Notes under the pieces: generated by a model | Seen by the model: only the letters and a program-made list of their open reading frames with translations | Told to the model about the DNA's origin: nothing | Databases searched by the model: none | Shown here: in pieces, positions 19,505-30,412 of the stretch | Position numbering within the stretch: position 1 is the first letter of the stretch | How the letters are laid out: the number at the start of each line of letters is the position of its first letter | NCBI GenBank assembly: GCA_000092065.1 | Contig: CP000600.1 | DNA from: Ostreococcus lucimarinus | Lineage: Eukaryota | Strand: one strand, 5' to 3' | Length of the DNA stretch: 64,000 nucleotides | Position numbers and translations under genes: made by a program

Positions 19505-20578
19505 TTACTGTTGATTTCCTAGCTCGCCTCGCGCTGCTCGCCACGAGAAGCTTCCCGTTTGCCTTCCAGGCAGCGATTCCCCGATGTCTACGGCTGGTTT
19601 ATCGAGCTCGAGCGACTCCATCGCATCTTGGGCCTCGAGCTCTTTCACCTCATTCGCCGGTATTTGCATCCTGAGCTCGCGCGTCAGGGCGTCGCAGCGA
19701 CTCTTGAGCCACGGCTCGTACACCTCGCCGCGACGACGGTAGAGCGGCTTCATATCCTTCGTGTAACGTTTAGTCACATCCACCACGCCTTCGACTGAAA
19801 AGGCGATGACGTACGACAATTGTTTGCCCCAACCCTGTTCGTACAGCAACGGCTTATCGCACACGTTCTCGCAAGGATCGCAGTGTAACCACCGCTTTTG
19901 GCGTTCCGAATACACCTCGGTCCACACGTGGTCGGTCCAGTCGAGGACCCAACGCGCGCGATACCCCATCGCTCGGCAGCACAGCGTGAACGCGTTCGCC
20001 CACTCCCCGCATCTACCGCGACGCGTGTCGAGCAGTTTGATTGCGGAATTATACCGCGGAAATCGCGTCTCGGCGCGACACGTCGAGCACTCGTACACCT
20101 CCGCGCGACTCGCTTCGCCCTCGCGCTCTTCCGCGCGCAGCGCTTCGCCTTGATCGGTGCGTTTCAACCTCGTCTCCGCGTTCCCGCACTTTTCGCACTT
20201 CGGTTTATCCACCCACTCGAAAAAATCTTCCTTGAACCAGCGCAAGAGCGCGAGCAGCGTGGCGTCCTCCAGACTCACGCCGTCCCCCTCGTCCGCGCCC
20301 GTCGTCGCCGTCGTCGCCGTCGTCCCGTCCGTCGCCTCCCTCTCCCTCTCCCTCGCCGTCGTCGCGCTCAATCGCATCACCGTTCTCTCTCCCTCGCGCC
20401 GCAGCGTCTCCGTCGGCATCGCGCTCGTCGCGCACGTCGTCGCGAGCTCGTCCTCGTGCGACGCCACCTGCGCCGCGCCCGCGCGCAGTCGCGCGTCGAA
20501 TCGCGCGCGCGCGGGCGTCGTCGTCGCGGCGTCGACGCGCGCGAACGCGTCTCGCAGCGCGCGCGCGTCGATCGTCAT
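19505..20578 (-). CDS. PNG1: Peptide:N-glycanase (PNGase, transglutaminase-like core)
   Basis: LLRWFKEDFFEWVDKPKCEKCG...YECSTCRAETRFPRYNSAIKLLDTRRGRCGEWANAFTLCCRAMGYRARWVLDWTDHVWTEVYS is near-identical in pattern to yeast Png1. The first in-frame ATG (MTIDARAL...) lies 107 aa upstream of the CxxC, the same spacing as in yeast. Confidence 0.85.
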   Translation of the reverse strand: MTIDARALRDAFARVDAATTTPARARFDARLRAGAAQVASHEDELATTCATSAMPTETLRREGERTVMRLSATTAREREREATDGTTATTATTGADEGDGVSLEDATLLALLRWFKEDFFEWVDKPKCEKCGNAETRLKRTDQGEALRAEEREGEASRAEVYECSTCRAETRFPRYNSAIKLLDTRRGRCGEWANAFTLCCRAMGYRARWVLDWTDHVWTEVYSERQKRWLHCDPCENVCDKPLLYEQGWGKQLSYVIAFSVEGVVDVTKRYTKDMKPLYRRRGEVYEPWLKSRCDALTRELRMQIPANEVKELEAQDAMESLELDKPAVDIGESLPGRQTGSFSWRAARGELGNQQ

Positions 20579-20743
20579 GCGCCGCACCGTGACGACATCG
20601 GCGACGCCGGAGACGCCGCATCGCGTCGCGTCGTCCTGGAGACGCTGGGTCGAAATCGCATCGTCCTGGAGACGCCGCGACGCCCGCGCGGCGCCAGATC
20701 GAGCGGCGACGCGCGTCGCGCCGCGCGTCCGGGACGCGTCGCG

Positions 20744-21694
20744 ATGACGAGCGAGGGCGCGACGACGACGACGACGGCGGCGGCGGCGGCGACGCGCGAA
20801 CCGCGGGTCGGCGAGAAACGCGCGCGACGCGACGACGACGACGACGAGGCGAACGGGCGACGCGACGGTGGGAAGACGACGACGGACGACGAGCGCGGCG
20901 GTGACGACGCGCGCGAGGACGGGAAAACGAACGAGGGGAAGACGAACGACGTCGCGAGCGAGGACGCGGCGAAAGCGACGACGAGCGGGTTCGGGAGCGC
21001 GCTCGCGAACGCGGGCTTCGGCGGCTTCGGCGGTTTGAAGAGCGCGGCGGCGAGCGGAGGGGGATTCGGAGGGTTCGCCGCGGCGAGCGCGAGCGCTGGA
21101 ACGGGTGGATTCGCGTCGAAAGCGGCGACGCCAGTGTTCGGTGGCGCGGTGGCCGCGCCCGTGGCGCTGTTCGGGGCGGGGAAGAAGAAGGAAACGACGA
21201 CGGAGGAGGACGAAGAGGGCGACGACGACCCAGAGCGCGAAGTCGCGAACGATTCTATCAAGCCAGTGGTGGAGTTGGAAGTCATCGAGACGAAAACTGG
21301 TGAGGAAGGTGAAACGTGTGCGTTTCGCACCGAAGGCGCGCTGTTTGAGTACGTCAACGACGCCGAGAATGGGTCGCGTTGGGTCGAGCGCGGCCGAGGA
21401 GACGTGAGGCTCAACGAGGGTGAAAACGGCTCTCGACTCGTCATGCGAGCTAAGGGAAACTTTCGTCTGATGCTCAACGCGGCGCTTTTCAAAGGTCAAA
21501 AGTTTCAGTTGATGGAAGGGGGCAAGGGGGTGTCGTTTACGTGCGTAAACGCGGCGTCTGGTGCCGACGCAAAGATGAGCACGTTTGCTCTGAAGATGCG
21601 CGCGGCGGCATCAAACGCGCAATCTCAGGCGGAGAACTTTCACGTAGCCGCGAAGAAAGCGATCGAAAAGCTATCCGAAGAAACACACAACTAA
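20744..21694 (+). CDS. FG-repeat nucleoporin with C-terminal Ran-binding domain (Nup50/Nup2-like)
   Basis: FG/GFGG repeats (SGFGSALANAGFGGFGG...GGFGGFAAAS...) are followed by a RanBD (...CAFRTEGALFEYVNDAENGSRWVERGRGDVRLNEGENGSRLVMRAKGNFRLMLNAALFKGQKFQ...). The upstream part of the 598-aa track ORF is antisense to PNGase and was discarded. Confidence 0.6.
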   Translation: MTSEGATTTTTAAAAATREPRVGEKRARRDDDDDEANGRRDGGKTTTDDERGGDDAREDGKTNEGKTNDVASEDAAKATTSGFGSALANAGFGGFGGLKSAAASGGGFGGFAAASASAGTGGFASKAATPVFGGAVAAPVALFGAGKKKETTTEEDEEGDDDPEREVANDSIKPVVELEVIETKTGEEGETCAFRTEGALFEYVNDAENGSRWVERGRGDVRLNEGENGSRLVMRAKGNFRLMLNAALFKGQKFQLMEGGKGVSFTCVNAASGADAKMSTFALKMRAAASNAQSQAENFHVAAKKAIEKLSEETHN

Positions 21695-21728
21695 CTACAA
21701 CTAGTCTACTAGCGAGTGCAATATACTT

Positions 21729-23903
21729 CTACGTTTGTACGAGAGCGTCCAGAGCTGTGAGGAGCGAGCGAATCTGCACTTTCGGCGCTTGTTCCAATCC
21801 TTTTCTGAATCTCCAGATCAACTTGAGCGCATCGTTGGCGGTATAATTGATCACAATTGGCAGATTTAAAGTTCTGTTACCGCCTTTTAACGATACGACG
21901 AGCGAACCAGGAGATAAAGCCCGAATCGCTGCGCGCGAATTCGGCGCAAACAAGTCCACTGGGACTTCGCGGCCGAGCGCTTCAAGAACCTTTTTCAGCT
22001 CCGATCGAGACAATTCAATTTTCCGCTTCGTGTTCATTAACGGCTCAATGATATGCATGCCATCTTGAGTCAGCATATAAAAGTCATCACGCTCTGATTG
22101 CTCCCAAATCTTGACACCCGACCAAACGCAGCTCATTCGCTTTGCGCCAGGTGAATCTATGCAGTGCTTCTTGACTCCTTCAGCGATATACACGATAGAC
22201 TTCTGTTGATTTGAGCGCGCGTAGAGGCAAGGGGCGATTTTTTCCGAGAATTTATCACCAAGACCAAACTCTTTTGCCAACTTTTTCACCAATGTGCTCG
22301 AAACTTTTGAGTAGACGTGCTTTGGTTCCGTGCGCTCATAAGCGCGGTCGACTTTTTCTGCGGTCGACTCCTTCGCCTGTGGTCCGGGAATCGGCGCCAC
22401 CTTTTTCAATAAGACTGCAAAAAATCCGCCCATGTCTTGTAAGTGAGGTACGAGCCTCATGCAGTGCTGCAATGGGATCGCCGTCGACTTGATGCGTTTT
22501 CCGAGATGGCCCATTCGCGCCAGCGACTGCGCCGGCGGCCACATCGATTTCGCAAACTTTCGCTTCAATCCAATGGGCACGGTCGAAGCTTGACTATCCT
22601 CGTACTTTGGATATTCTACTACGTTCCCTTCGACCATGGTCATCACGTTCCAAGTCGATATTCCCGGTCTGCGCAGTAACTCGGGAATTCGATCAGAAGC
22701 GTCGACAATTTCTAGCGCTCCACCGCACCGTTTGATGAGCTCTGCGACGACAGCCTCGTTTTCCACTGGGTTGAATGAGCACGTACTGTAAACCATATAT
22801 CCACCAACATTAAGGAGTGCCGCGCCACGCTGCGCAATGCGTAGCTGTAGCTTGTGAAGGCCCATGGCGAATTCGGGGCGCCATTCGGACCAAATCTGTG
22901 GGTTTTTCCTAAGCGTTCCGTCACCACTGCACGGAACATCACAAATGATACGATCGTAAGAGCCTTCTGGATATCTTCCTCCGCGTTCAGTCAATGCCTT
23001 ATCGGTGGTAGGTACGTTGATATTTGGATACCATTGAGCTTGGTGCGTCGTCACCATCAAATTCGCAGTGGCGTTGCGAAGCGCTGCACAGCGTCGTACT
23101 AGGAAATAACATCGCATCGGATTAATATCGTTCGCGATGACGCATCCAGACGCCGATCCTTCCTCTCCATTGACGTTGAGTGCCTCAAGTGCCTGCGTAG
23201 TTTTCGATCCAGGACTTGCGCAAAGGTCGAGCACGCGATGGTGCGGCTCGACTTGTAAAATTGCCGCGGGAACCATGGAATCCACCGCCTGTCGAGTGAG
23301 AACGCCGGTATTGTTGCACTTCACCAACCAACGCTGCAAATCTCTCAACATTGGATTTCGAGAGAACTTCAGGCTCATCTTGTCCACGCCGAGCTGCCAT
23401 CCGTCACACCACGGCAGGCGTGTTGGCGGCGGTATCAACCGTCCCCGGTCGTCCCTCGTTTCTCTCGCGTTTTGCAGAAAGTGTTTCGCCACGTTCAGCG
23501 CTTCGCGCACTTCTTCTCGTCTCGACGCCATAACGTTCATCCTAAATGTCACCGGTAAAGGCAATCGAAGGTACCTCAAAAAGTCTCTCCACTCGCCCTC
23601 GTCCACTATGCCCTGTCGTCTGTAGTACGTCTCAAACGACGTCTCCTCGTGCACCGAAAGCGTGCGCGAGAACCAAGGCGCGGACGTCCGCGGAAGCATG
23701 ATCGTTTCTGTCGTCGTCGTCGCCTCGTTCGCGCTGTTTCGTCGCCCAGCGTCATCAGCGTCATCGTCGTTCCTCGTCGCTTTCGCCGCCGCCTCGAGCG
23801 CCCTCGCGCGTTTCCTCGCGCGCACCATGCGCTTCGATCGCGATCGCTTCCCCGACACCGACGCACCGCCGATCGTGTCGTCATTCCACGCGTCGTGCTG
23901 CAT
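21729..23903 (-). CDS. NSUN2: NOL1/NOP2/Sun-family tRNA (cytosine-5)-methyltransferase (NSUN2-like)
   Basis: EGEWRDFLRYLRLPLPVTFRMN...VLDLCASPGSKTTQ...DRIICDVPCSGDGTLRKNPQIW...ALLNVGGYMVYSTCSFNPVENEAV are canonical NSUN motifs, including both catalytic Cys. Start is the first ATG (MQHDAW...). Confidence 0.85.
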   Translation of the reverse strand: MQHDAWNDDTIGGASVSGKRSRSKRMVRARKRARALEAAAKATRNDDDADDAGRRNSANEATTTTETIMLPRTSAPWFSRTLSVHEETSFETYYRRQGIVDEGEWRDFLRYLRLPLPVTFRMNVMASRREEVREALNVAKHFLQNARETRDDRGRLIPPPTRLPWCDGWQLGVDKMSLKFSRNPMLRDLQRWLVKCNNTGVLTRQAVDSMVPAAILQVEPHHRVLDLCASPGSKTTQALEALNVNGEEGSASGCVIANDINPMRCYFLVRRCAALRNATANLMVTTHQAQWYPNINVPTTDKALTERGGRYPEGSYDRIICDVPCSGDGTLRKNPQIWSEWRPEFAMGLHKLQLRIAQRGAALLNVGGYMVYSTCSFNPVENEAVVAELIKRCGGALEIVDASDRIPELLRRPGISTWNVMTMVEGNVVEYPKYEDSQASTVPIGLKRKFAKSMWPPAQSLARMGHLGKRIKSTAIPLQHCMRLVPHLQDMGGFFAVLLKKVAPIPGPQAKESTAEKVDRAYERTEPKHVYSKVSSTLVKKLAKEFGLGDKFSEKIAPCLYARSNQQKSIVYIAEGVKKHCIDSPGAKRMSCVWSGVKIWEQSERDDFYMLTQDGMHIIEPLMNTKRKIELSRSELKKVLEALGREVPVDLFAPNSRAAIRALSPGSLVVSLKGGNRTLNLPIVINYTANDALKLIWRFRKGLEQAPKVQIRSLLTALDALVQT

Positions 23904-24068
23904 CGCGTCGTCGCGCCTCGACGCGTCGACGTCCGCGCGCGCGCGTCTGCAGCGCTCGTCCGCACACGTCGACCGCGGGCGCGGCGAAGCGACGCGAGAG
24001 GCGGCGCGAGCGAGCGCTCGAGCGAGGGCGACGTCGTCAGTCGTCGAATTCTGACGCTCGACCGCGCG

Positions 24069-27000
24069 ATGACGACCGCGAGCCTCGCGTCGCCGCGCGA
24101 CGTCGCGGAGGAGGAGGACCGACGGGACCAACGACCATCGGCGACGAAACGAAGCGATGACGCGGCGTCTACGAGCGAGAACGACGTGCCTGAAGAATAC
24201 GCTGAGAACGCGAGTGCGGTGATACGCGAAACGCTCGATGGCTTCCTCGAGTACGTCGAGACGTGGGCGCAGAAGACGAGGGAGACCGCAGACAACTTGG
24301 GGGAGGAGGGTGTTTCAAATCGCGGGCCGCGCGCGAGCGGGAACGGGGCGAAGGATGCGATCGTCCTGAACGGCGATCCGCGCGAAAATATACGGATTGA
24401 AGATCTCGTCACGTGCGAAAATGCGCTGTTGAGCAAGACGACGATGATTTTAGCGCATTTAGGCGGCGAAGTCGAGCGGTTGAGCGCCGTGGCAGACGAA
24501 ACAATTTATCCGATGCTTACGACTTTCGGCGAGAGAGCGAATGATGCGGACGTGATGTCCGATGCAGAGTTACGAGATGCATTCGTTGGGAAATTAGAGC
24601 CGCTTCAAGACGCACTGTTATTCATGGATCAAGTCAGAGCGGTCGTGTGTAACTTGTTCACGCAACTCACGGTGGTGTATTCGACGTTCGCGGCATACAC
24701 GCCGTATCAAACTGTGCGTTTGGCGTGGTCATTCGATATGCTCGGTCGTGCACTAGCAATTGGAGTCGGAATTGATGAGGTGGTTAGGAACAATAGGGCG
24801 TTGCGGTCGGCGCTGATGAATTTCAAACGCGTGGTGCTGCTCCTTCGAGCCAATCCCGAGCAGTTCGGCATGAACGAAGTCGACGTCGTGAGCTTGGATT
24901 CGGCGGTTGCGATCATCGAAAATCAATTGCTCTCATCTTCATTCTTTGCCTCAGTGCTCACACAGCTCACAGAAACCGAACAACCTGATCGATTTATCAA
25001 GGAGCTCGCCGGCACAACTCTCGAGCTTCTCGAAAGCACGACGGCTCGATTGAATACCGACTCGGAGCGGTTGAACGATAAACGCACACTGCTGTCGTGT
25101 CTTTGCTTGACTATGCTTCATTCAGGATTAGTTCCCGATATAGCCGATAGAAAACTCTGCATGAAGGCGTGGGAAGTCTACAAGGTGTGCGTGCTGGTGT
25201 CGGTGACGACGACGGTTTCAGTGTGTCCAGGGGCAATACTAGAAGCGCATCTATCTCCAGCCGCACGAGAGTGCTTTCCTGATAATGGTTTAGAATCAGT
25301 GATCTCGTTTCGTCGAGAGACGCTCGAGACTCTGGATGAGACTTTCCCTGCGAAGCTCCTCGATTTGTTGTCGGCTTCAGTCGCCTGGCTCACCAAGTTT
25401 ACGGCGACACCAAACGTCTCGCATAGCTTATCGAGCACAATGAACGCTCGCACGAGTTTGTTTCAGGAGGGTATGAGACTGGTAAATCGACTGCGCCACT
25501 ATACTCAGGAGATCATACACCTCCACGTGTCTCTGGAGGCCCCGGTCACGAAGCGGCGGGTGCGACTCATCGCTCGCGCCGTGGAAATGTTGCAAGCCAT
25601 GTGCGAAGCTTTCACTCAAAATCTCAATTTGAGTTTGGAAGTGCAGCACGTGCTGAAATTTCTAGCAGATAGAATACATCGCATGATGGTACGTTTGAAA
25701 CGCTTCTGAGATCGATCGGCTCACATCTGACCTTTTCACGCAGGTTCCTACTCGGGAATTATTAGAAAACAAAATTTCGACGACGACGACGTCGAGTGGA
25801 TGGGAACGCTTAAAGGCTCAAATTTCGTCGGGAAAAGCCGAAAACAATAAACAGGACACCCTCGCGACGGTCAATATCGCAGGTAAGCTTTTCATTCTCC
25901 GTCTAGATGACGTACAAATTAAATTAATTATTTCATTTATTTAGTGCATGTTTTGTCTGGGCCGGCGACTCGAAAAAGGATGCATGTTCTTCGAATCTGC
26001 CTCGATGCGATCCGTGGAGCGAGTCTTCTCAGTGATGAAGATGTCGTGCTCGCATCTGAGTTCGTGGAACTCGTAGAAGTGCTCTCCACGTACCGCAAAA
26101 GCGTTCAAGATCAATGTGATACTTCCTTTTTATTTTTCACGAGGGAATTATTTCCGGTGTGTTTGGCTGATATTTACGTCAAGCCGAACGAATCTGGACG
26201 TCTTACTTTGCTTGTGAGTGCGTTTCGCAATTGTGAAACGTTATTAATGCGTGCTGGAGCGAGCGATAGCGAAGTGGCGACGTTTGACAATTATATTCGA
26301 ACGTCACTGGAGCGAGAAATAATTCAACCGCTTTGTCGAGATATTGAGACAGATTTGAGGTTGCATCTTCATTCTGCGCGCATAGCAGGCGTCATGAACA
26401 CGAATCCGTTCAAGGATGGCGTTCGAGACTTGTCGTTGTTCACGAATCTGCCGCCAATCTACACGTTGAAGCACCAGGTGCGAATATTATTTATTTAATT
26501 AATTGTGGCGAATTTGAAACTGACCGGATTTCGTCCTCGTCGTTGACAGATCGACATTCGTAATCGCGTCGAAGGTTATTTAAATCAGACCTTCCACAAT
26601 CACACGGCGATTGCTCTTCATAACTGGAAGGTGAGTGATAAAATAATTAATTTGTCCTACTTCGCAACCGAGCGAGCTGCCTTTTACGAAAACGACGACT
26701 AACGATCTATTCGCGCGCAGTCTTACGTGGAAATGAGAAATCTTGCGATAGAAAAGTACGGCTTACGCTGCGCCGAGATTGAGCTTCCGAGCCAGACGCT
26801 CGAACAAGGCTTGGATGTGTTGGAGCTGATGCGCAATATCCACGTCTTCGTGTCGAGGTACAACTACAACTTGAACACACAGTGCTTTGTCGAGAAGGCG
26901 AGCGCGGCGCTCGATCGCAAGCATCTGAACACCATAAGTATTCGGCATGTCGCCAACTCTATCAGAACGCACGGAACGGGCATCACGCACACGACCATCA

Positions 27001-27965
27001 ACTTTGCCTATCAGTACCTGGCGCAAAGATTTCAGATTTTCAACCAGTTTCTCTTTGACGACCACATCAGAAGTCAACTCATGAAAGAAGCTCGAATGGT
27101 GCACGCCGAGACAAAGGCTAAGAGTGATACTATCAAGTTAAGCTCAAAGCAAGCAGGATATCGCGCATCGACTGTGGACGAAAAGTTTGAGTACCCAGTC
27201 GAACGCGCCCTTCGAGTGATGCGCGACATTCGAAAGCTCGGTTTATCGAAGGACGGCTCTTCGTTCATCGACGAGTTCCGTGTGTTAGTGACTGAAATCG
27301 GTAATGCGCTCGGTTTTGTTCGCATGGTTCGTCTCGGTGCGATGCACTACAGCACCAACGCCGCCAAGTTTGTACCGAGTGCGCGCGGGTCGAAGTTCGC
27401 CCTCGATGAGAGCCTCGACGCCGACGGTTTGTCCGAGTGGACAAAGACGGCACTGAAAAATCTGCAGAGTGAATTAAAAGCCTTAAGCACAGGCGGTACC
27501 GATGGTACTGACTATTTTCAAGTCCTCGTATCGGTTTTTTCGACCGAGCTTCGAAAGGGTCACGAACACCTAAAAGACTTTTACTTGGTGCTTCCAGCGC
27601 TCACGATGAGCGCCGCTGAAACCATCCTGGCTTCAAAAGACAAGCTCGTGCGACGTGGTAAAGATTCACAGACCGCCACTTTCACCGATGATGGTTTAGC
27701 ACTTGGGATCGTGTACCTGCTGAGCGTCCTCGATCAACACGAAGCCTTCGATGCGCTGCATTGGTTTGAGTCCGCCTCGCACCACTTCGAAGCGGAGGAG
27801 AAGCGCGCAAACGAGGAAACCGGTGGCACTTTCGGCATTTTAGGTCGTAGCATCGACGAAAAGACCAAGCTTCAGGTCAAGTTGGATAAGATTGACGCGT
27901 TAAGGCGCGAGTTTGTACACTTGAAGCATTCACTCGTCGGCGCGCGAAGCTTTGTGAATTTGTAA
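24069..27965 (+). CDS. WASHC5: Strumpellin-like protein (WASH complex subunit 5 homolog), five exons
   Basis: Exons (±1 nt): 24069–25688, 25744–25882, 25945–26477, 26550–26630, 26721–27965, about 1200 aa in total (human strumpellin is 1159). Introns have canonical boundaries (GTACGT..CAG, GTAAGC..TAG, GTGCGA..CAG, GTGAGT..CAG) and are AT-richer than the exons. The segments ...HNWKSYVEMRNLAIEKYGLRCAEIEL... and ...RYNYNLNTQCFVEK... match the human strumpellin region ...[37 protein letters not shown] (my recall of the family). Confidence 0.5.
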
Positions 27966-28124
27966 TTGTAGACGCCTCGCCGCACTCAGCCACAGACGCT
28001 GTGAAAACCTCAGCTTTTCATCGTCATCTTCCAAACGTCATCGTCCGCCACATCACAGTCGCGCGCGCGTCGTCGTCGTAAAGTAAGTGATACTCTGCTC
28101 CAATACAACATCGCACGCCTCGTC

Positions 28125-29555
28125 ATGTCGTGCCAAGCGATGTTAAACACGCCCGCGCTCGCGCCGGCGGTGACATCCGTCGCCCACCGTCGCCCTAGCC
28201 GCCGAGGTGCTCGCGCGTTGACGCGCGCCAACGCCGGTGGTGCCATGGAGCAGCTCACGTTGAAGCCGATGAAGAAAATTGAAGGCACGGTTCGATTGCC
28301 GGGGTCTAAGTCGCTGTCAAACCGCATTCTGCTCCTCGCGGCGCTCGCAGAAGGAACGACCAAGGTGGAAAACTTGTTGGATAGCGACGACATTCGTTAC
28401 ATGGTTGACGCGCTTAAAGTTCTGGGGCTGTCCTTCACGGAAGACAGAGAGAACAACATTTTGGAAATCACCGGTTGTGGGGGTAAGCTCCCGGTCGAGG
28501 GCGCGGAGTTGTTCCTCGGTAACGCCGGGACGGCGATGCGACCGCTCACCGCCGCCGTGGCTGCGGCGGGTAAAGGCACGTTCATCCTCGATGGTGTCGA
28601 GCGTATGCGTGAAAGACCAATTCAAGATCTTGTTGATGGTTTGGTTCAGCTTGGTGTCAAGGCGGAGTGCACGATGGGTACGGGTTGCCCGCCGGTGAAG
28701 GTTGAGGCGAACGGCTTGCCTGGCGGTCGCGTCGAGCTCAGCGGTTCCGTGAGCTCGCAATACCTCACCGCGCTCCTCATGGCGGCCCCACTTTGCGAAG
28801 GGTCGATTGAAATCGTAATTGTCGATGAGCTCATCTCCAAACCGTACGTTGAGATGACTATCACACTCATGGAACGCTTCGGTGTCAAGGTAGAAAAGGC
28901 GGACGACCTCCAGAGCTTTAAGATTCAAGGCGGACAAAAGTACATCTCCCCGGGCAGTGCATTTGTTGAAGGCGATGCTTCGTCCGCTTCCTACTTCCTC
29001 GCCGGTGCCACCATCACCGGTGGTACCGTCACTGTCATCGGTTGCGGTTCGGAGAGCATCCAAGGCGACACAAACTTTGCGTACACGATGGAGCAAATGG
29101 GCGCGACGCTCGAGTGGGGTCCGAACTCGGTCACCTGCACCGGTCCCAAGGGCCCGCTCAAGGCGATTGATGTGAACATGAACGCCATGCCCGACGCTGC
29201 GATGACTCTTGCCGTCGCTGCACTCTTCGCTGACGGCATCACTACCATTCGTGATGTCGCGAGCTGGCGCGTGAAGGAAACCGAGCGCATGATTGCGATT
29301 TGCACCGAGCTGCGCAAGCTCGGTTGCGACGTCTTCGAAGGCGCGGATTACTGCGTCATCACCCCTCCTCACAAGCTCGACCCCCCGGCCAAGATGAAGG
29401 CCAACGTTGACATCGATACCTACGACGATCACCGCATGGCCATGGCTTTCGCCTTGGCCGCGTGCGGCGACGTCGACGTCGTCATCAACGACCCGAAGTG
29501 CACGAAGAAGACTTTCCCGACGTACTTTGACGTCCTCAAGTCCGTCGCCAAGTGA
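28125..29555 (+). CDS. aroA: 3-phosphoshikimate 1-carboxyvinyltransferase (EPSP synthase), plastid-targeted, stand-alone (not AROM)
   Basis: [22 protein letters not shown]...[11 protein letters not shown]...DHRMAMAF... are classic EPSPS motifs. A ~40-aa S/A/R-rich N-terminal transit peptide precedes them. Confidence 0.9.
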   Translation: MSCQAMLNTPALAPAVTSVAHRRPSRRGARALTRANAGGAMEQLTLKPMKKIEGTVRLPGSKSLSNRILLLAALAEGTTKVENLLDSDDIRYMVDALKVLGLSFTEDRENNILEITGCGGKLPVEGAELFLGNAGTAMRPLTAAVAAAGKGTFILDGVERMRERPIQDLVDGLVQLGVKAECTMGTGCPPVKVEANGLPGGRVELSGSVSSQYLTALLMAAPLCEGSIEIVIVDELISKPYVEMTITLMERFGVKVEKADDLQSFKIQGGQKYISPGSAFVEGDASSASYFLAGATITGGTVTVIGCGSESIQGDTNFAYTMEQMGATLEWGPNSVTCTGPKGPLKAIDVNMNAMPDAAMTLAVAALFADGITTIRDVASWRVKETERMIAICTELRKLGCDVFEGADYCVITPPHKLDPPAKMKANVDIDTYDDHRMAMAFALAACGDVDVVINDPKCTKKTFPTYFDVLKSVAK

Positions 29556-29663
29556 GCGTCGCGCGCATCTTCGACGTATTAGCTATTATAGAATTGGTGC
29601 AAGCTATCGTATATGAATCATTGGATAAATTTGTCTACCGTCCCCTCTCGCGAGTCGCGAAAC

Positions 29664-29951
29664 CTACTGCGGCGGCCCGCCCATTTGTTGCATCGATTGC
29701 GCGTTTAATTCCGCGAACCGCACCGACGTTCGCGCCGAGTGCTTCAGGAACTTTTCGCAGCACTTCGACACGCATCGCTCTTCGTCCTTCTCCAGCGTTT
29801 TCCTCCGAAACGACTGCACGCACGTCGAGAAGCACCGCTCCACCAAGTTGTTATACATCTTCAGGCTGTCTCGCGTCTGCATCGCTTCGATCATGCCCAT
29901 CATCTTCGCCTTGTCTTCCTCCGGGAACCCATCGAGCATGGCTGGGTCCAT
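29664..29951 (-). CDS. TIM9: Small Tim protein (Tim9/Tim10 family, twin CX3C)
   Basis: 95 aa. ...ERCFSTCVQSF...ERCVSKCCEKFLKHSARTSVRFAE has the twin Cx3C arrangement and the Tim9-like ...RISMRF.E tail. ATG confirmed. Confidence 0.8.
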   Translation of the reverse strand: MDPAMLDGFPEEDKAKMMGMIEAMQTRDSLKMYNNLVERCFSTCVQSFRRKTLEKDEERCVSKCCEKFLKHSARTSVRFAELNAQSMQQMGGPPQ

Positions 29952-30122
29952 GGCGACCTCGGTTTCGCTCGAGTCCGTCGCCGCGTCGCTCGGCGGCGTC
30001 TGCGGTGCCGCCGTCGCGGGCCGCCTTTCGACCCCGACCTAGGGTTCGGGCGCGCCCTCGATCGCGCGCGAAATCCGAGGCGCGGGCGTCCGAATGTGCC
30101 GGGGCGGGCGGGGCGGGTGTCC

Positions 30123-30165
30123 GAATGTCCGAATTGCGCGCACGTCCGCACTGTTTGCGCACACG
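30123..30165. promoter_or_regulatory. Conserved intergenic motif pair (CCGAATGTCCGAAT + CGCACTGTTTGCGCACACG) in the Tim9/AP2 divergent promoter
   Basis: The identical 19-mer and 14-mer recur at 52633–52677 in the DUF1279/MurE divergent promoter, in swapped order. CCGAATGT is locally repeated three times at 30090–30134. Confidence 0.35.
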
Positions 30166-30412
30166 ATACAGACGTCCGCGCGCGCGTGTGATCTTTCGCG
30201 CCGACGTCACGCGCGTCGAGAGGGCGCGCGCTCGGACGCGTCGCGCGCGAGCGGGGACGGGGCACAGCGCGACGCGACGGCGAGGAACGACGCGAAAGAT
30301 TGAGTCGCATCACCGCGCGCGCCGGGCGAGGACGACGCGCGCGAACGACGGCGAGAAGACGCGCGGAAGACGAGGGCGAAAGAGCGAGGGCGAAGGGCTC
30401 GGTGGGGGGAGT

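Noticed and set aside
19898-20743. Upstream 280 aa of the 598-aa + ORF 19898–21694
   Set aside because: It is antisense to the well-supported PNGase gene. Only the part from the ATG at 20744 (FG repeats plus RanBD) is coding.
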